NCBI GenBank assembly: GCA_964485755.1
Contig: CAZAKG010000001.1
Coordinates: 1-47,393, forward strand
Source: an uncultured Candidatus Bathyarchaeia archaeon
Lineage (GTDB): Archaea; Thermoproteota; Bathyarchaeia; TCS64
Direction: 5' to 3'
Length of the DNA stretch: 47,393 nucleotides
The notes below the pieces were generated by a model. That model did not search any database and was not told where the DNA came from. It was given only the letters and a program-made list of their open reading frames with translations. A program made the translations under genes and the position numbers. This document shows positions 8,580-17,018 of this stretch, one piece after another (position 1 is the first letter of the stretch; every line of letters starts with the position of its first letter).

Positions 8580-9827
8580 TCATCGTGCCAGGTACTTGTA
8601 GGCCGACAGCAGGTGGACCTTCACGACGTGCATCAGCTCCTCCACCTCCACGTACTCGTCCACGGTCCCCATGCCGTGGTTCGTCGGCCCATAGTAGTAG
8701 GAGGGCACGCCCAGGCCTCGCCAGAACTTGAGGTCGGAGCCGCCGAGGCTCACGATGGGCTTGGGATCGATGCCCAGCAGCCTGGAGTTCCCGCGCATGA
8801 TCTCCGCCATCTCGCCGTCGGGCGGGCTCCAGAGGGGCCCGTCGTACCGGGTCTCCTCCGCCGAGGCGCCCGGATGCCGATCTACGATCTCCCTGACCGC
8901 CGGCATTAAGTCCTCCTTACTGAGTCCGGGTGGGAGACGTAGGTCCACCTCGAAGCCGCACTCCCGGGGTATGACGTTGACCTTGACGCCGCCCTCGATG
9001 GTTCCCACGTTGACGCTGAGCCTCCGCATCACGTCGGCGCCACCGGGCCCCAGGGCCTTCTCTGCCGCGTCCCTCCCCTCGTCGATGGCTCTGCGCAGGT
9101 TCTCTGGGTAGTCCACGGGGGTGTTGGTCAGCTCCTCCAGGTCGGTTATCAGCCTGGCCGCGACCTTTATCGGGTTCAGGCTGGTGTGGGTGTAAGCCCC
9201 GTGGCCGCCCGCGGAGCGGACCCTGACCCTGAGCCACAGTATCCCCTTCTCCCCGAATCGGATCGTGTACGGGCTGCTGGGCTCACCGTTGATGCAGCAG
9301 TCGCCCAGCGCCTCGGGCACGTTCTGCACCAGCCAGCCGGCGCCCAGCCTGCCCCCCGACTCCTCGTCGCTCACCACGGTAAGGGTGACGCCACCCTTCA
9401 GCTCGTCCCGCAGCTCGCTCAGGACCACGTATGTGTAGATGGACGCCGTCGTCCCCGCCTTCATGTCGCAGGCGCCGCGCCCGTAGACCCTGCCGTCCAC
9501 CAGCTCGCCTCCCCACGGGTCGTGGCTCCAGCCCTCGCCGGAGCCCACCGGGAACACGTCCATGTGGCCGTTCAGTATCAGCCTCCTGCCCCGCCTCGGG
9601 GTCTTGAAGCCGCTGACGACGTTGGGCTTCTCGGAGTCAGGCCCGACCACATCGTACACTACGCCCTTCGAGTCCAGGTAGTCCGTGACGTACCTGGCGG
9701 CCTCCCCGGTGTCCCCCGGCGGGTTGGGGCTCCTGGCCCTGAGGAAGCCCCTGAGGAACCCGACTAGCTCCTCCCTGTCCGCATCCACCCTGTCAATGAG
9801 CCTCTTCTGCGCTGGATTCGGTTCCAT
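8580..9827 (-). CDS. M20-family metallopeptidase / deacylase (ArgE/DapE/CPG2-like)
   Basis: 415 aa. Metal-ligand motifs are LNGHMDVFPVG, GRGACDMKAG and VSDEESGG. Confidence 0.85.
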   Translation of the reverse strand: MEPNPAQKRLIDRVDADREELVGFLRGFLRARSPNPPGDTGEAARYVTDYLDSKGVVYDVVGPDSEKPNVVSGFKTPRRGRRLILNGHMDVFPVGSGEGWSHDPWGGELVDGRVYGRGACDMKAGTTASIYTYVVLSELRDELKGGVTLTVVSDEESGGRLGAGWLVQNVPEALGDCCINGEPSSPYTIRFGEKGILWLRVRVRSAGGHGAYTHTSLNPIKVAARLITDLEELTNTPVDYPENLRRAIDEGRDAAEKALGPGGADVMRRLSVNVGTIEGGVKVNVIPRECGFEVDLRLPPGLSKEDLMPAVREIVDRHPGASAEETRYDGPLWSPPDGEMAEIMRGNSRLLGIDPKPIVSLGGSDLKFWRGLGVPSYYYGPTNHGMGTVDEYVEVEELMHVVKVHLLSAYKYLAR

Positions 9828-9913
9828 GAGAAGTATTAGTCAACGACGCGATTAAGAGGCATCCGATCAAATTCATTTACCCAGAGCCCGAATAGTACGC
9901 GGGAGAAATCAGA

Positions 9914-10903
9914 GTGAGTAAGCTGAAGATCACATTAGCGTGCGGACCCTACGACCGCACCTGGGCCCTGGCCAGCGGCCAGGTCCAGCCCGAGGGCGTG
10001 GACCTGAACTACGTCGCCCTGCCGCCCGAGGAGCTGTTCTGGCGCATGGCCGTGCACGGCGAGTTCGACGCCTCCGAGTTCAGCCTCGGGGCCATGTCTA
10101 TACTTCTGGGCCGGGGGGACCGCCGGTTCGTGGGCGTCCCCGTGTTCCCGTCGCGGTTCTTCCGCCACTCATCCATCTTCGTCAACGTCCACTCGGGGAT
10201 CAAGAGGCCCGAGGACCTACGGGGCAAGAGGGTGGGCGTGCCCGACTACACAATGACCGCCAACACCTGGATACGGGGCTTCCTGGAGCACGACTACGGG
10301 GTCAAGCCCACCGACATGCAATGGGTCACGGGGGGACTCAACGAGCCCGGCCGCAGGCAGCGGGTCGCCACCCGGCCCATCCCGGGGCTCAGGGTGACCC
10401 ACTCGGACACCTGGGTCCTCAGCGACCTGCTGGACCGCGGCGAGATCGACGCACTCATCGGCGCCAGGGAGCCGGACAGCTTCCGCAGCGGGTCGCCCAA
10501 TGTCGCCCGCCTCTTCCCCGACTACAGGCCCGTGGAGGTGGAGTACTACAGGCGGACTCACATCTTCCCTATTATGCACCTGATCGTCCTGAAGCGGGAG
10601 ACCTACGAGAGCCACCCCTGGCTGGCGTACAGCCTCCTCAAGGCGTTCGAGGAGAGCAAGAGGCTGTGCGTAGAGGAGATGTCCCAGCAGAGCGCTCTGC
10701 GGTACATGCTGCCCTGGATGATCCCGGAGCTGGAGGAGACGGTGCGGATAATGGGGGAGGACTACTGGCCCTACGGCGTCGAGGCCAATCGGGGGACCAT
10801 CGAGACGTTCATCGAATACTCGGTGGAGCAGGGGCTCGCCGAGTCCTCCTTCGGCGTCGAGGACATGTTCGCCCCCGAGACCATCGACGTGGCCAAGGTA
10901 TGA
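9914..10903 (+). CDS. 4,5-dihydroxyphthalate decarboxylase-like (PhtD / periplasmic-binding-fold) protein
   Basis: 329 aa. The N-terminus KITLACGPYDRTWALASGQVQPEGVDLNYV..EELFWRM..GEFDASEFSL resembles proteins annotated as PhtD-like. GTG start. It is divergent from the M20 gene. Confidence 0.65.
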   Translation: MSKLKITLACGPYDRTWALASGQVQPEGVDLNYVALPPEELFWRMAVHGEFDASEFSLGAMSILLGRGDRRFVGVPVFPSRFFRHSSIFVNVHSGIKRPEDLRGKRVGVPDYTMTANTWIRGFLEHDYGVKPTDMQWVTGGLNEPGRRQRVATRPIPGLRVTHSDTWVLSDLLDRGEIDALIGAREPDSFRSGSPNVARLFPDYRPVEVEYYRRTHIFPIMHLIVLKRETYESHPWLAYSLLKAFEESKRLCVEEMSQQSALRYMLPWMIPELEETVRIMGEDYWPYGVEANRGTIETFIEYSVEQGLAESSFGVEDMFAPETIDVAKV

Positions 10904-11033
10904 TCCACTTCGCCCCCCGATTCTCCAGTTGATCAGGTACTTGAAGAACGGGGCGAGGAATTTTCCTAGTCCAGGCGTACCGTAAATCATAGATATCCTC
11001 AACCCACTTCTTTGGTGACTTGGAGGCATAATC

Positions 11034-12683
11034 GTGGACTGGAAGAGGGACCTGCCTGAGATAGCCGGGAAGCTGGGCGCCGACCTCGTGCTTCTCGGCG
11101 GCAAGGTGATCACGGTGGACGACGCGGACTCGGTTTCCGAGGCCGTTGCGGTCAAGTACGGCAGGATAGCGTGCGTGGGGTCGAACAGGGACGTGAAGAG
11201 GCTCATACAGAAGGGCACCCGCGTCATCGACCTGGCGGGGCGCTGCATGACACCCGGCTTCATAACGACCCACGAGCACTTCCTCAGGTACGGCTACAAC
11301 GCCGTGTCGGGCATCGACCTCTGGTACCCCAGGGTCAAATCCATAGCGGATATAGTGGAGGCCGTTGAGGCCAAGGTGGCCGAGACCCCTAGGGGGGAGT
11401 GGGTCTTCGGGTTCGGGTGGGACGAGAACCTCCTCACAGAATATAGGGCTCCTAATAGGTACGATCTGGACCCTGTCTCGCCGGACAACCCCGTCTACCT
11501 GGGCCGCGTCTACCAGATGGTGGCGGCAAACAGCCTGGCCCTCAAGATAGGCGGAGTCACAAGGGACAGCCCCGAGCCCGAGTACGGCAAGATATTCCGC
11601 GACGAGTCGAACGAGCCCACTGGCGTCTTCCTCACGATCCTGCCCAGCGCGGACCCCTTCAGGCAGGCGTTCCCTGTGGCCACCACCGAGCTGAAGGAGA
11701 AGGCCATCGTCAAGGCGTGCCACGACTACAACAGCGAGGGCATGACCACAGTCATCGACGCCACGGTGGGCAAGGCCGAGCCCAACGACCTGGTGGCGTA
11801 CCAGAACGTCCGCATGCGTGGTGGGCTCACAATGAGGGTGTACGCCCTCTACGGGTTCGTGCGCACCGTGGAGGAGGCCAGGGACACCGTCCAGAGGTTC
11901 ACCACCTACGGGGACGACTGGTTCAAACTGGGAGGCGTCAAGCTGAGCCTCGACGGCGGCGTCGTGCCCAGGACTGGCTTCTTCTACGAGCCCTACGTGG
12001 GCGAGCCCAACAACTACGGGCGCACCAAGTGGAGGAAGGAGGACCTCATGGAGGCCGTGGAGATACTGCACAACGCGGGGTGGCAGTGCTGCACCCACAC
12101 CATCGGCGACAGGGCCATCGACTGGGTCCTTGACAGCTACGAGAACGCCATGAAGAAGTATCCGCGGCCTGACCCCAGACACCAGATAATTCACATCTAC
12201 TACCCCACCGCTGAGGCCATCGACCGGGTCAAGCGGCTGGGGGTCATGGCCAACGTCCAGACCACGTTCATCCACTTCGAGGGCGACACCTACGTCAAGT
12301 ACCTGGGCGAGGCCAGGGGCGCGTGCGTGAAGCCCCTGAAGACCTTCGTGGAGAAGGGGATACCCGTCGGCAACAGCCAGGACTACCCCTCGGGGCCGAT
12401 ACCTGCCAGCATAGGGCTCTGGGCCGCGGTGGCCCGGGAGACATTCAGCGGCGCCGTGGTCTGCCCCGAGGAGAGGCTGACGGTGCAGGAGGCGCTGAGG
12501 ACCTACACCATCTGGGCCGCGAAGCACATCTTCATGGAGGACCGGCTGGGCTCGCTGGAGGTGGGGAAGTACGCCGACATGGTGGTCTGGGACAGGGACC
12601 TGTACACGGTGCCCCCCGGGGAGCTCCGCCGCATCAAGGCCCAGATGACCATGGTCGAGGGCAAGGTCGTCTACGAAGCGTAG
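11034..12683 (+). CDS. amidohydrolase family 3 (YtcJ-like metal-dependent hydrolase)
   Basis: 549 aa. It carries the N-terminal H-x-H motif (TTHEHFL), the internal CCTHTIGDRAID and the C-terminal DYPSGP region typical of the family. GTG start. Confidence 0.8.
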   Translation: MDWKRDLPEIAGKLGADLVLLGGKVITVDDADSVSEAVAVKYGRIACVGSNRDVKRLIQKGTRVIDLAGRCMTPGFITTHEHFLRYGYNAVSGIDLWYPRVKSIADIVEAVEAKVAETPRGEWVFGFGWDENLLTEYRAPNRYDLDPVSPDNPVYLGRVYQMVAANSLALKIGGVTRDSPEPEYGKIFRDESNEPTGVFLTILPSADPFRQAFPVATTELKEKAIVKACHDYNSEGMTTVIDATVGKAEPNDLVAYQNVRMRGGLTMRVYALYGFVRTVEEARDTVQRFTTYGDDWFKLGGVKLSLDGGVVPRTGFFYEPYVGEPNNYGRTKWRKEDLMEAVEILHNAGWQCCTHTIGDRAIDWVLDSYENAMKKYPRPDPRHQIIHIYYPTAEAIDRVKRLGVMANVQTTFIHFEGDTYVKYLGEARGACVKPLKTFVEKGIPVGNSQDYPSGPIPASIGLWAAVARETFSGAVVCPEERLTVQEALRTYTIWAAKHIFMEDRLGSLEVGKYADMVVWDRDLYTVPPGELRRIKAQMTMVEGKVVYEA

Positions 12684-12730
12684 ATGAAAATACGAGTCTC
12701 CGCCTATTTTCCTTGCACATCAATCGTCTG

Positions 12731-12777
12731 ATTTTCAGTGAAACACCTGAAAATTGTTTATTTATCCGTTAAACAAT
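12731..12777 (+). promoter_or_regulatory. two adjacent perfect 8-bp-stem hairpins/palindromes upstream of the AbrB-like gene
   Basis: ATTTTCAG(12731-12738)/CTGAAAAT(12747-12754) has an 8-nt loop. ATTGTTTA(12753-12760)/TAAACAAT(12770-12777) has a 9-nt loop. Both lie 20-65 nt upstream of the start at 12798. Confidence 0.45.
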
Positions 12778-12797
12778 CTCTATTCTGGTGAATCACT

Positions 12798-13052
12798 ATG
12801 GGTCTTAGTTTGGGGGCCCGCATAGGAAAGAAAAACGCCATCTACCTGCCCAAGGCCGTAGTCGAGGCCACCGGCTTGAAAGAAGGTGGGAAGATACTGC
12901 TGAGGGTGATGGACAAAACGGTGGTCGTGGAGCCCCTGATGGACCCGCTTGAGCTAGCGTTATCCATTGAAAAGTATGCGACGATAGATTCGGAGCGGAT
13001 AGAGGCGATAAGCGTTGAGGAGCAGGGAACACGGGTTAAAGGTTCTCCTTGA
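12798..13052 (+). CDS. AbrB/SpoVT-family DNA-binding protein (VapB-type antitoxin-like)
   Basis: 84 aa with the swapped-hairpin motif IYLPKAVVEATGLKEGGKILLRV and an acidic C-terminal half, as in AbrB-type antitoxins. Confidence 0.7.
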   Translation: MGLSLGARIGKKNAIYLPKAVVEATGLKEGGKILLRVMDKTVVVEPLMDPLELALSIEKYATIDSERIEAISVEEQGTRVKGSP

Positions 13053-13071
13053 CGCCTCATTCCTTCTGTAG
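13036..13071 (+). pseudogene. vestigial PIN (VapC-like) N-terminus overlapping the end of the AbrB-like gene
   Basis: The +1 frame reads L-K-V-L-L-D-A-S-F-L-L-stop. This is the canonical PIN start (M)KVLLDxSxLL with TTA where a start codon would be expected, and a TAG after 11 codons. No PIN body follows. Confidence 0.3.
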
Positions 13072-13176
13072 TCGTTGGGCATAGATGTCGCACAACGCGC
13101 TTCAAGACTCTGCCAGAGGCATGCGCCGCACAGTAACTACCTTAAACCAACAGGGTACACTCAGATCGAGTGGGTT

Positions 13177-14622
13177 ATGCATAACGTCATACTGATCATG
13201 CTGGACAGCCTGCGGCGAGACCACGTCGGCGCCTACGGGAACAACTGGATCAAGACCCCTAACATCGACGCCCTGGCGTCTGAGGGGGTCCGGTTCGTCA
13301 ACGCGTACCCTGAGGCGTTGCCAACGATCCCCGTCAGAAGGGCCATGCACACGGGCATGAGGACGTTCCCGTGCAGAGACTACAGGGCAGCCAAAGGGGA
13401 CGTGGTCCTGATTCCCGGCTGGCAGCCCATCCCCGAGGACCAGGTGACCATGGCTGAGGTCTTCAGGCACCACGGGTACCTCACAGGCCTCTTCGCCTCG
13501 ACGCACCACCTGTTCAAGCCATCCATGAACTTCCACAGAGGCTACACCAGCTGGGAGTTCATACGCGGCCAGGAGGCTGACCACTATAAGGTCCCAATCG
13601 GGGGCGACCTGGAGAGCCTGGACAACCTCCCCTGCGACGAAATGTATGGGATGGTGGGCCACAGCCTCCCCTACTGTCTGGCCAACGTTCAGGATTGGAG
13701 GAGCGAGCAGGATTGGTTCGCTCCCAGGACCTTCGGCGCCGCTTCCAGGTGGCTTAAGAGGAACGGGGGCAAGCAGCGGTTCTTCATGGTAATCGACGAG
13801 TTCGACCCCCACGAGCCCTGGAACCCGCCCAAGGAGTACCTGGACCTCTACTTCGACACCGACAGCTACAGGGGGAGGAGGATAATCCCCACGGTGGGCG
13901 GCCCCAACGAGTTCGGGGAAGGGGAGCTGGAGTACACCAGGGCCTCCTACGCGGGGGAGGTGACCCACTGCGACACCTACGTAGGGGCTCTCCTGGAAAA
14001 GGTGAAGGAGATGGGGCTGTGGGACGACACCGTGGTTGCACTCGTCAGCGACCACGGCCACAACATCATGGACCACGGGGTGATGCACAAGATACCCGAC
14101 CACATGTACCGTGAGCTCATGGACCTCGTCTACATAGTCAAAGCGCCCGACGGCGACCACGGCGGAGAGGAGTGCGACGCGTACGTCGCACACCACGACG
14201 TCCCCGTCACCCTGATGGGGATGGCTGGGATAGAGCCACCGGAGGGCCTTGACGGCAGGAACGCCTGGAGGTGGGTCACCGGGGAGGATGAGCGGACCCG
14301 AACATACGCCACATGCATCTTCTATCCCTGGCTCTGGACCAGGGACGCCGAGTACGTCTACATGACCGACAACGAGAAGACGCGGGAGAAGCTATACGAC
14401 ATCAGGGCCGACCCAGGTGAGACGAATGACCTGAGCAGGGAAAGCCCCGAGACGTGCAGGAGGCTCAGGAAGCGCATCTGGGATGAGATGGGCGGCGACC
14501 CGCCCATCTACGACGTCATTAGGTACGGGCATGAATGGTACGAGTATCCTGACATCCACGACCCCACGGGAACCTTCTCCAAGTCGCTCATCGAGAAGAG
14601 GGACGCCAGAGTAAAGAAGTAG
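13177..14622 (+). CDS. sulfatase-family (alkaline phosphatase superfamily) protein with a non-canonical nucleophile position
   Basis: The track ORF starts at 13075 (TTG). I prefer the ATG at 13177 (MHNVILIMLDSLRRDHVGAYG), which begins at the conserved first beta-strand and metal Asp. Other motifs are KTPNIDALASEGVRF and VSDHGH. Positions 13324-13338 encode T-I-P-V-R where sulfatases have C/S-x-P-x-R. There is no signal peptide. Confidence 0.8.
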   Translation: MHNVILIMLDSLRRDHVGAYGNNWIKTPNIDALASEGVRFVNAYPEALPTIPVRRAMHTGMRTFPCRDYRAAKGDVVLIPGWQPIPEDQVTMAEVFRHHGYLTGLFASTHHLFKPSMNFHRGYTSWEFIRGQEADHYKVPIGGDLESLDNLPCDEMYGMVGHSLPYCLANVQDWRSEQDWFAPRTFGAASRWLKRNGGKQRFFMVIDEFDPHEPWNPPKEYLDLYFDTDSYRGRRIIPTVGGPNEFGEGELEYTRASYAGEVTHCDTYVGALLEKVKEMGLWDDTVVALVSDHGHNIMDHGVMHKIPDHMYRELMDLVYIVKAPDGDHGGEECDAYVAHHDVPVTLMGMAGIEPPEGLDGRNAWRWVTGEDERTRTYATCIFYPWLWTRDAEYVYMTDNEKTREKLYDIRADPGETNDLSRESPETCRRLRKRIWDEMGGDPPIYDVIRYGHEWYEYPDIHDPTGTFSKSLIEKRDARVKK

Positions 14623-14660
14623 TGGGGGTAAACCGGAAAAAAAGCGGCTGTGCTGAGGAG

Positions 14661-14963
14661 CTACTCGACGCGCTCAAGCTTGAAGACCACCGGCCTCAAG
14701 CCGTCGCTGCAGCAGCTCACCATCTGCCCCTTCTTCTTGATCCAGGGGAAGTCTCCGCCCAGGGCCAGGTGGGCCACGTCGCGCTGTATGTCGGCCCAGG
14801 CCCAGGCGCAGAACCCCTCAGGCATGTTGAGGGCCTTGCTAACGTACTCGGCTCCCACCTTGAAGCGGCCGCACTCGGGCGTCACCGTGTCCGCGGCAAG
14901 CTCCTTGAATATAGGCCCTGGCTTGAGCAGGGCCGCCACCGTGATCTTTACGTCACTCACCAA
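14661..14963 (-). CDS. TIGR04076-family small Cys-rich protein
   Basis: 100 aa. The pattern PEGFCAWAWADI...CCSDGLRPVVFKLERVE matches my recollection of TIGR04076 family members. It lies 32 nt downstream of the flavoprotein gene on the same strand. Confidence 0.7.
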   Translation of the reverse strand: MVSDVKITVAALLKPGPIFKELAADTVTPECGRFKVGAEYVSKALNMPEGFCAWAWADIQRDVAHLALGGDFPWIKKKGQMVSCCSDGLRPVVFKLERVE

Positions 14964-14995
14964 CTATTCACCAGGGCTACTATGTGGTGGCTGAT

Positions 14996-15766
14996 TTAAA
15001 AAAAGGGCGGTCTAGCCCTAGCCCTAATGTGTCTCAAAATCTCTTTCCAGTGGTCGTCTCCTGCCAAGCCAAGGTCCAGGAACCCGTTCACACGCCTCCA
15101 CTCCCTGTGGCTGGGGCCGGCCCCTGAGGCCAGGTGCCGGGCCAGGGCTTCCTCGGAGGTGAACCTGCCCTTGCAGCCCTGGATGGTGCAAGGCACAGTG
15201 AGCTCAGGCGTCTCGTACCCGGCGAGGCTCTTCCCGAGGCGGTATGCCTCCTCCAGCTTCCCGGGGCTCTCCCTGACGTGGCTGGAACTCGAGTTGTATT
15301 TTATCACATGGAGGTTCATGCCGGCCCACGCCGCTATGGACCTGTACATCCCGACGGCGAGGTATACGCCGTCAGGGTCCTCGGCCACGTAGGTGAGTAT
15401 CAGCACCAGGGTCTTGCCGCTTAGGTTGTTGGGGCCGTTGCCGTCCAGGAGCCCCTCCAGGCGGTCCATGAAGGTCTTCATCTGGCCGCATATGGTCCAC
15501 CAGTAGATGGGCGTGGCGAAGACCAGTAGGTCCGCCTCCGCGAGCAGCGGGTAGACGCCTGTCATGTCGTCGTCTATGACGCATCCGGGCTCGCCCAGCT
15601 TGAGGCAGCTCCAGCACCCATTGCAGTGGTGTATGTCCATCTCGTTGAGGAACAGCTCCCTGATCTCGGTCTCGCTGGCGTCCCTGAGCCCCCTGATGAG
15701 GCTGCGGGCTAGCGTGATGGAGTTGCCGTCCTTCCTGGGGCTGGCCTCGACTACAAGCGTCTTCAT
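14996..15766 (-). CDS. iron-sulfur flavoprotein (Isf-like flavodoxin-fold FMN protein) with a C-terminal extension
   Basis: 256 aa. It has a flavodoxin-like N-terminus (MKTLVVEASPRKDGNS) and the compact cluster motif C-x2-C-x2-C-x7-C (HCNGCWSCLKLGEPGC), as in Isf. An extra tail of about 70 aa contains C-x4-C-x12-H-x8-H (CTIQGCKGRFTSEEALARHLASGAGPSH). Confidence 0.75.
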   Translation of the reverse strand: MKTLVVEASPRKDGNSITLARSLIRGLRDASETEIRELFLNEMDIHHCNGCWSCLKLGEPGCVIDDDMTGVYPLLAEADLLVFATPIYWWTICGQMKTFMDRLEGLLDGNGPNNLSGKTLVLILTYVAEDPDGVYLAVGMYRSIAAWAGMNLHVIKYNSSSSHVRESPGKLEEAYRLGKSLAGYETPELTVPCTIQGCKGRFTSEEALARHLASGAGPSHREWRRVNGFLDLGLAGDDHWKEILRHIRARARPPFF

Positions 15767-15884
15767 GGCTCTGGCTGGGTCCGTGCCTTATTTAACGGGT
15801 CGTCAAGACCGTTCCTTGAAGTCCGTCACGGGAGGCTTCAGTCACCGATAAATCCTTATCTTCCACGGTTTCCCAGCCCAACAC

Positions 15885-16223
15885 ATGGAGAAATATAAGC
15901 ACGTTAGGTTCCGGTGGTGGAACCCAGTTGACCTGGATAAGGCCAAGGACGAGTTGAAGGACTTCAAAGCCAGCATCAAACAGTTCCCCATAGGTGGATT
16001 CGACCTCTACAAGGACGACAAGCGTGAGCTGTCGGCTGCCGCGGATACCTTGACGGTTCACCTCAGCGGGTTCAGGGCCGTCTTCACCCAGAGGGAGGCC
16101 AAGCCCTTCACGAAGCGGGACGCGGAGCTGCGTGAGAAGGTCAGGGGGCTGTACCCCCAGGACAGGCCCACGCCGTTCCCGTGGGAGTGGTCACCTGAAC
16201 CCAGGTTCACTGTCGAGGAGTAG
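15885..16223 (+). CDS. hypothetical protein
   Basis: 112 aa, with ATG preceded by the TATA-like GATAAATCC about 25-30 nt upstream. Charged and soluble. No family recognised. Confidence 0.5.
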   Translation: MEKYKHVRFRWWNPVDLDKAKDELKDFKASIKQFPIGGFDLYKDDKRELSAAADTLTVHLSGFRAVFTQREAKPFTKRDAELREKVRGLYPQDRPTPFPWEWSPEPRFTVEE

Positions 16224-16298
16224 GTGGACCACTAGTACCTGATACCGCTTCATCAAACTTTTTTAAACGCCCTGCGAGGTTCACGCAAACCTTCCCCG

Positions 16299-17018
16299 GT
16301 GGACACTTTGCATGCAATACAGGCGGTGAACATATCCAAGAGCTTCGGCTCGGTAAGGGTCCTAGACGACGTGAACCTCACCGTGGACAGGGGAGAGTTC
16401 TACGGGCTCTTCGGGCCCAACGGTGCCGGCAAGACGACGCTCCTCAGGGTGCTCACGGGGCAGCTGGCCCCCGACTCCGGGTTAGCCACAACGGCGGGCG
16501 TCCCCCACACGGACCCCATCAGGCTGAAGCAGCGCGTGGGCATCGTGCCCGAGGCCGAGACGCCGCCCACGTTCCTCACGGCCCAGGAGACCCTGGAGCT
16601 CACGTGCAGGCTCCGCGGCCTCGACGACATGGGCGGTAGGGTCGAGCACTGGATAGGGTTCTTCGACCTAGACGAGAAGCGGGACGTCCTCTGCAGGGAC
16701 CTGTCCAAGGGGCAGAGGCAGAAGGTGATGCTGGCCGCCGCCTTCATCCACGAGCCGGAGCTGCTGCTCCTGGACGAGCCCTTCATCAACCTGGACCCCA
16801 TCTACCAGCGCCGCCTCAGGGAGTACCTCGCCAGCGTGGTCGGCGATGGCCGAACCGTGTTCATGTGCAGTCACCTCCTGGAGATAGCGGAGCGCCTCTG
16901 CGACAGCGTCGCGATCATCAACAGGGGCCGCATCGTGGAGCAGGGGCGCCTCGCCGAGATGGGCGGCCACCTAGAGGACGTGTTCCTCCGCGCCGTGGAG
17001 GCCAGCCAGGTTGCTTAG
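16299..17018 (+). CDS. ABC transporter ATP-binding protein (ABC-2 type)
   Basis: 239 aa with Walker A GPNGAGKTT, signature LSKGQRQK and Walker B LLLLDEP. GTG start. TATA-like TTTTTTAAA lies about 35 nt upstream. Confidence 0.9.
   Translation: MDTLHAIQAVNISKSFGSVRVLDDVNLTVDRGEFYGLFGPNGAGKTTLLRVLTGQLAPDSGLATTAGVPHTDPIRLKQRVGIVPEAETPPTFLTAQETLELTCRLRGLDDMGGRVEHWIGFFDLDEKRDVLCRDLSKGQRQKVMLAAAFIHEPELLLLDEPFINLDPIYQRRLREYLASVVGDGRTVFMCSHLLEIAERLCDSVAIINRGRIVEQGRLAEMGGHLEDVFLRAVEASQVA

Noticed and set aside
9940-12527. Very long off-frame or antisense ORFs in the G+C-rich block: 9940..10932 (+, 330 aa), 10217..11263 (-, 348 aa) and 10809..12527 (-, 572 aa).
   Set aside because: They overlap CDSs with clear family motifs (PhtD-like, amidohydrolase). 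Their translations are Arg/Pro/Gly/His-rich low-complexity sequence. Stop-poor alternative frames are expected where third positions are nearly all G or C.
13102-14196. A 364-aa antisense ORF across the sulfatase-family gene. Analogous cases are 34285..35412 (+, antisense to URO-D), 17052..18410 (frames over the ABC permease), 18472..18963, 36949..37518 and 30601..31410.
   Set aside because: The reasoning is the same. Each lies entirely within or opposite a gene with recognisable motifs, has skewed R/P/G/H composition and has no plausible promoter or start context.
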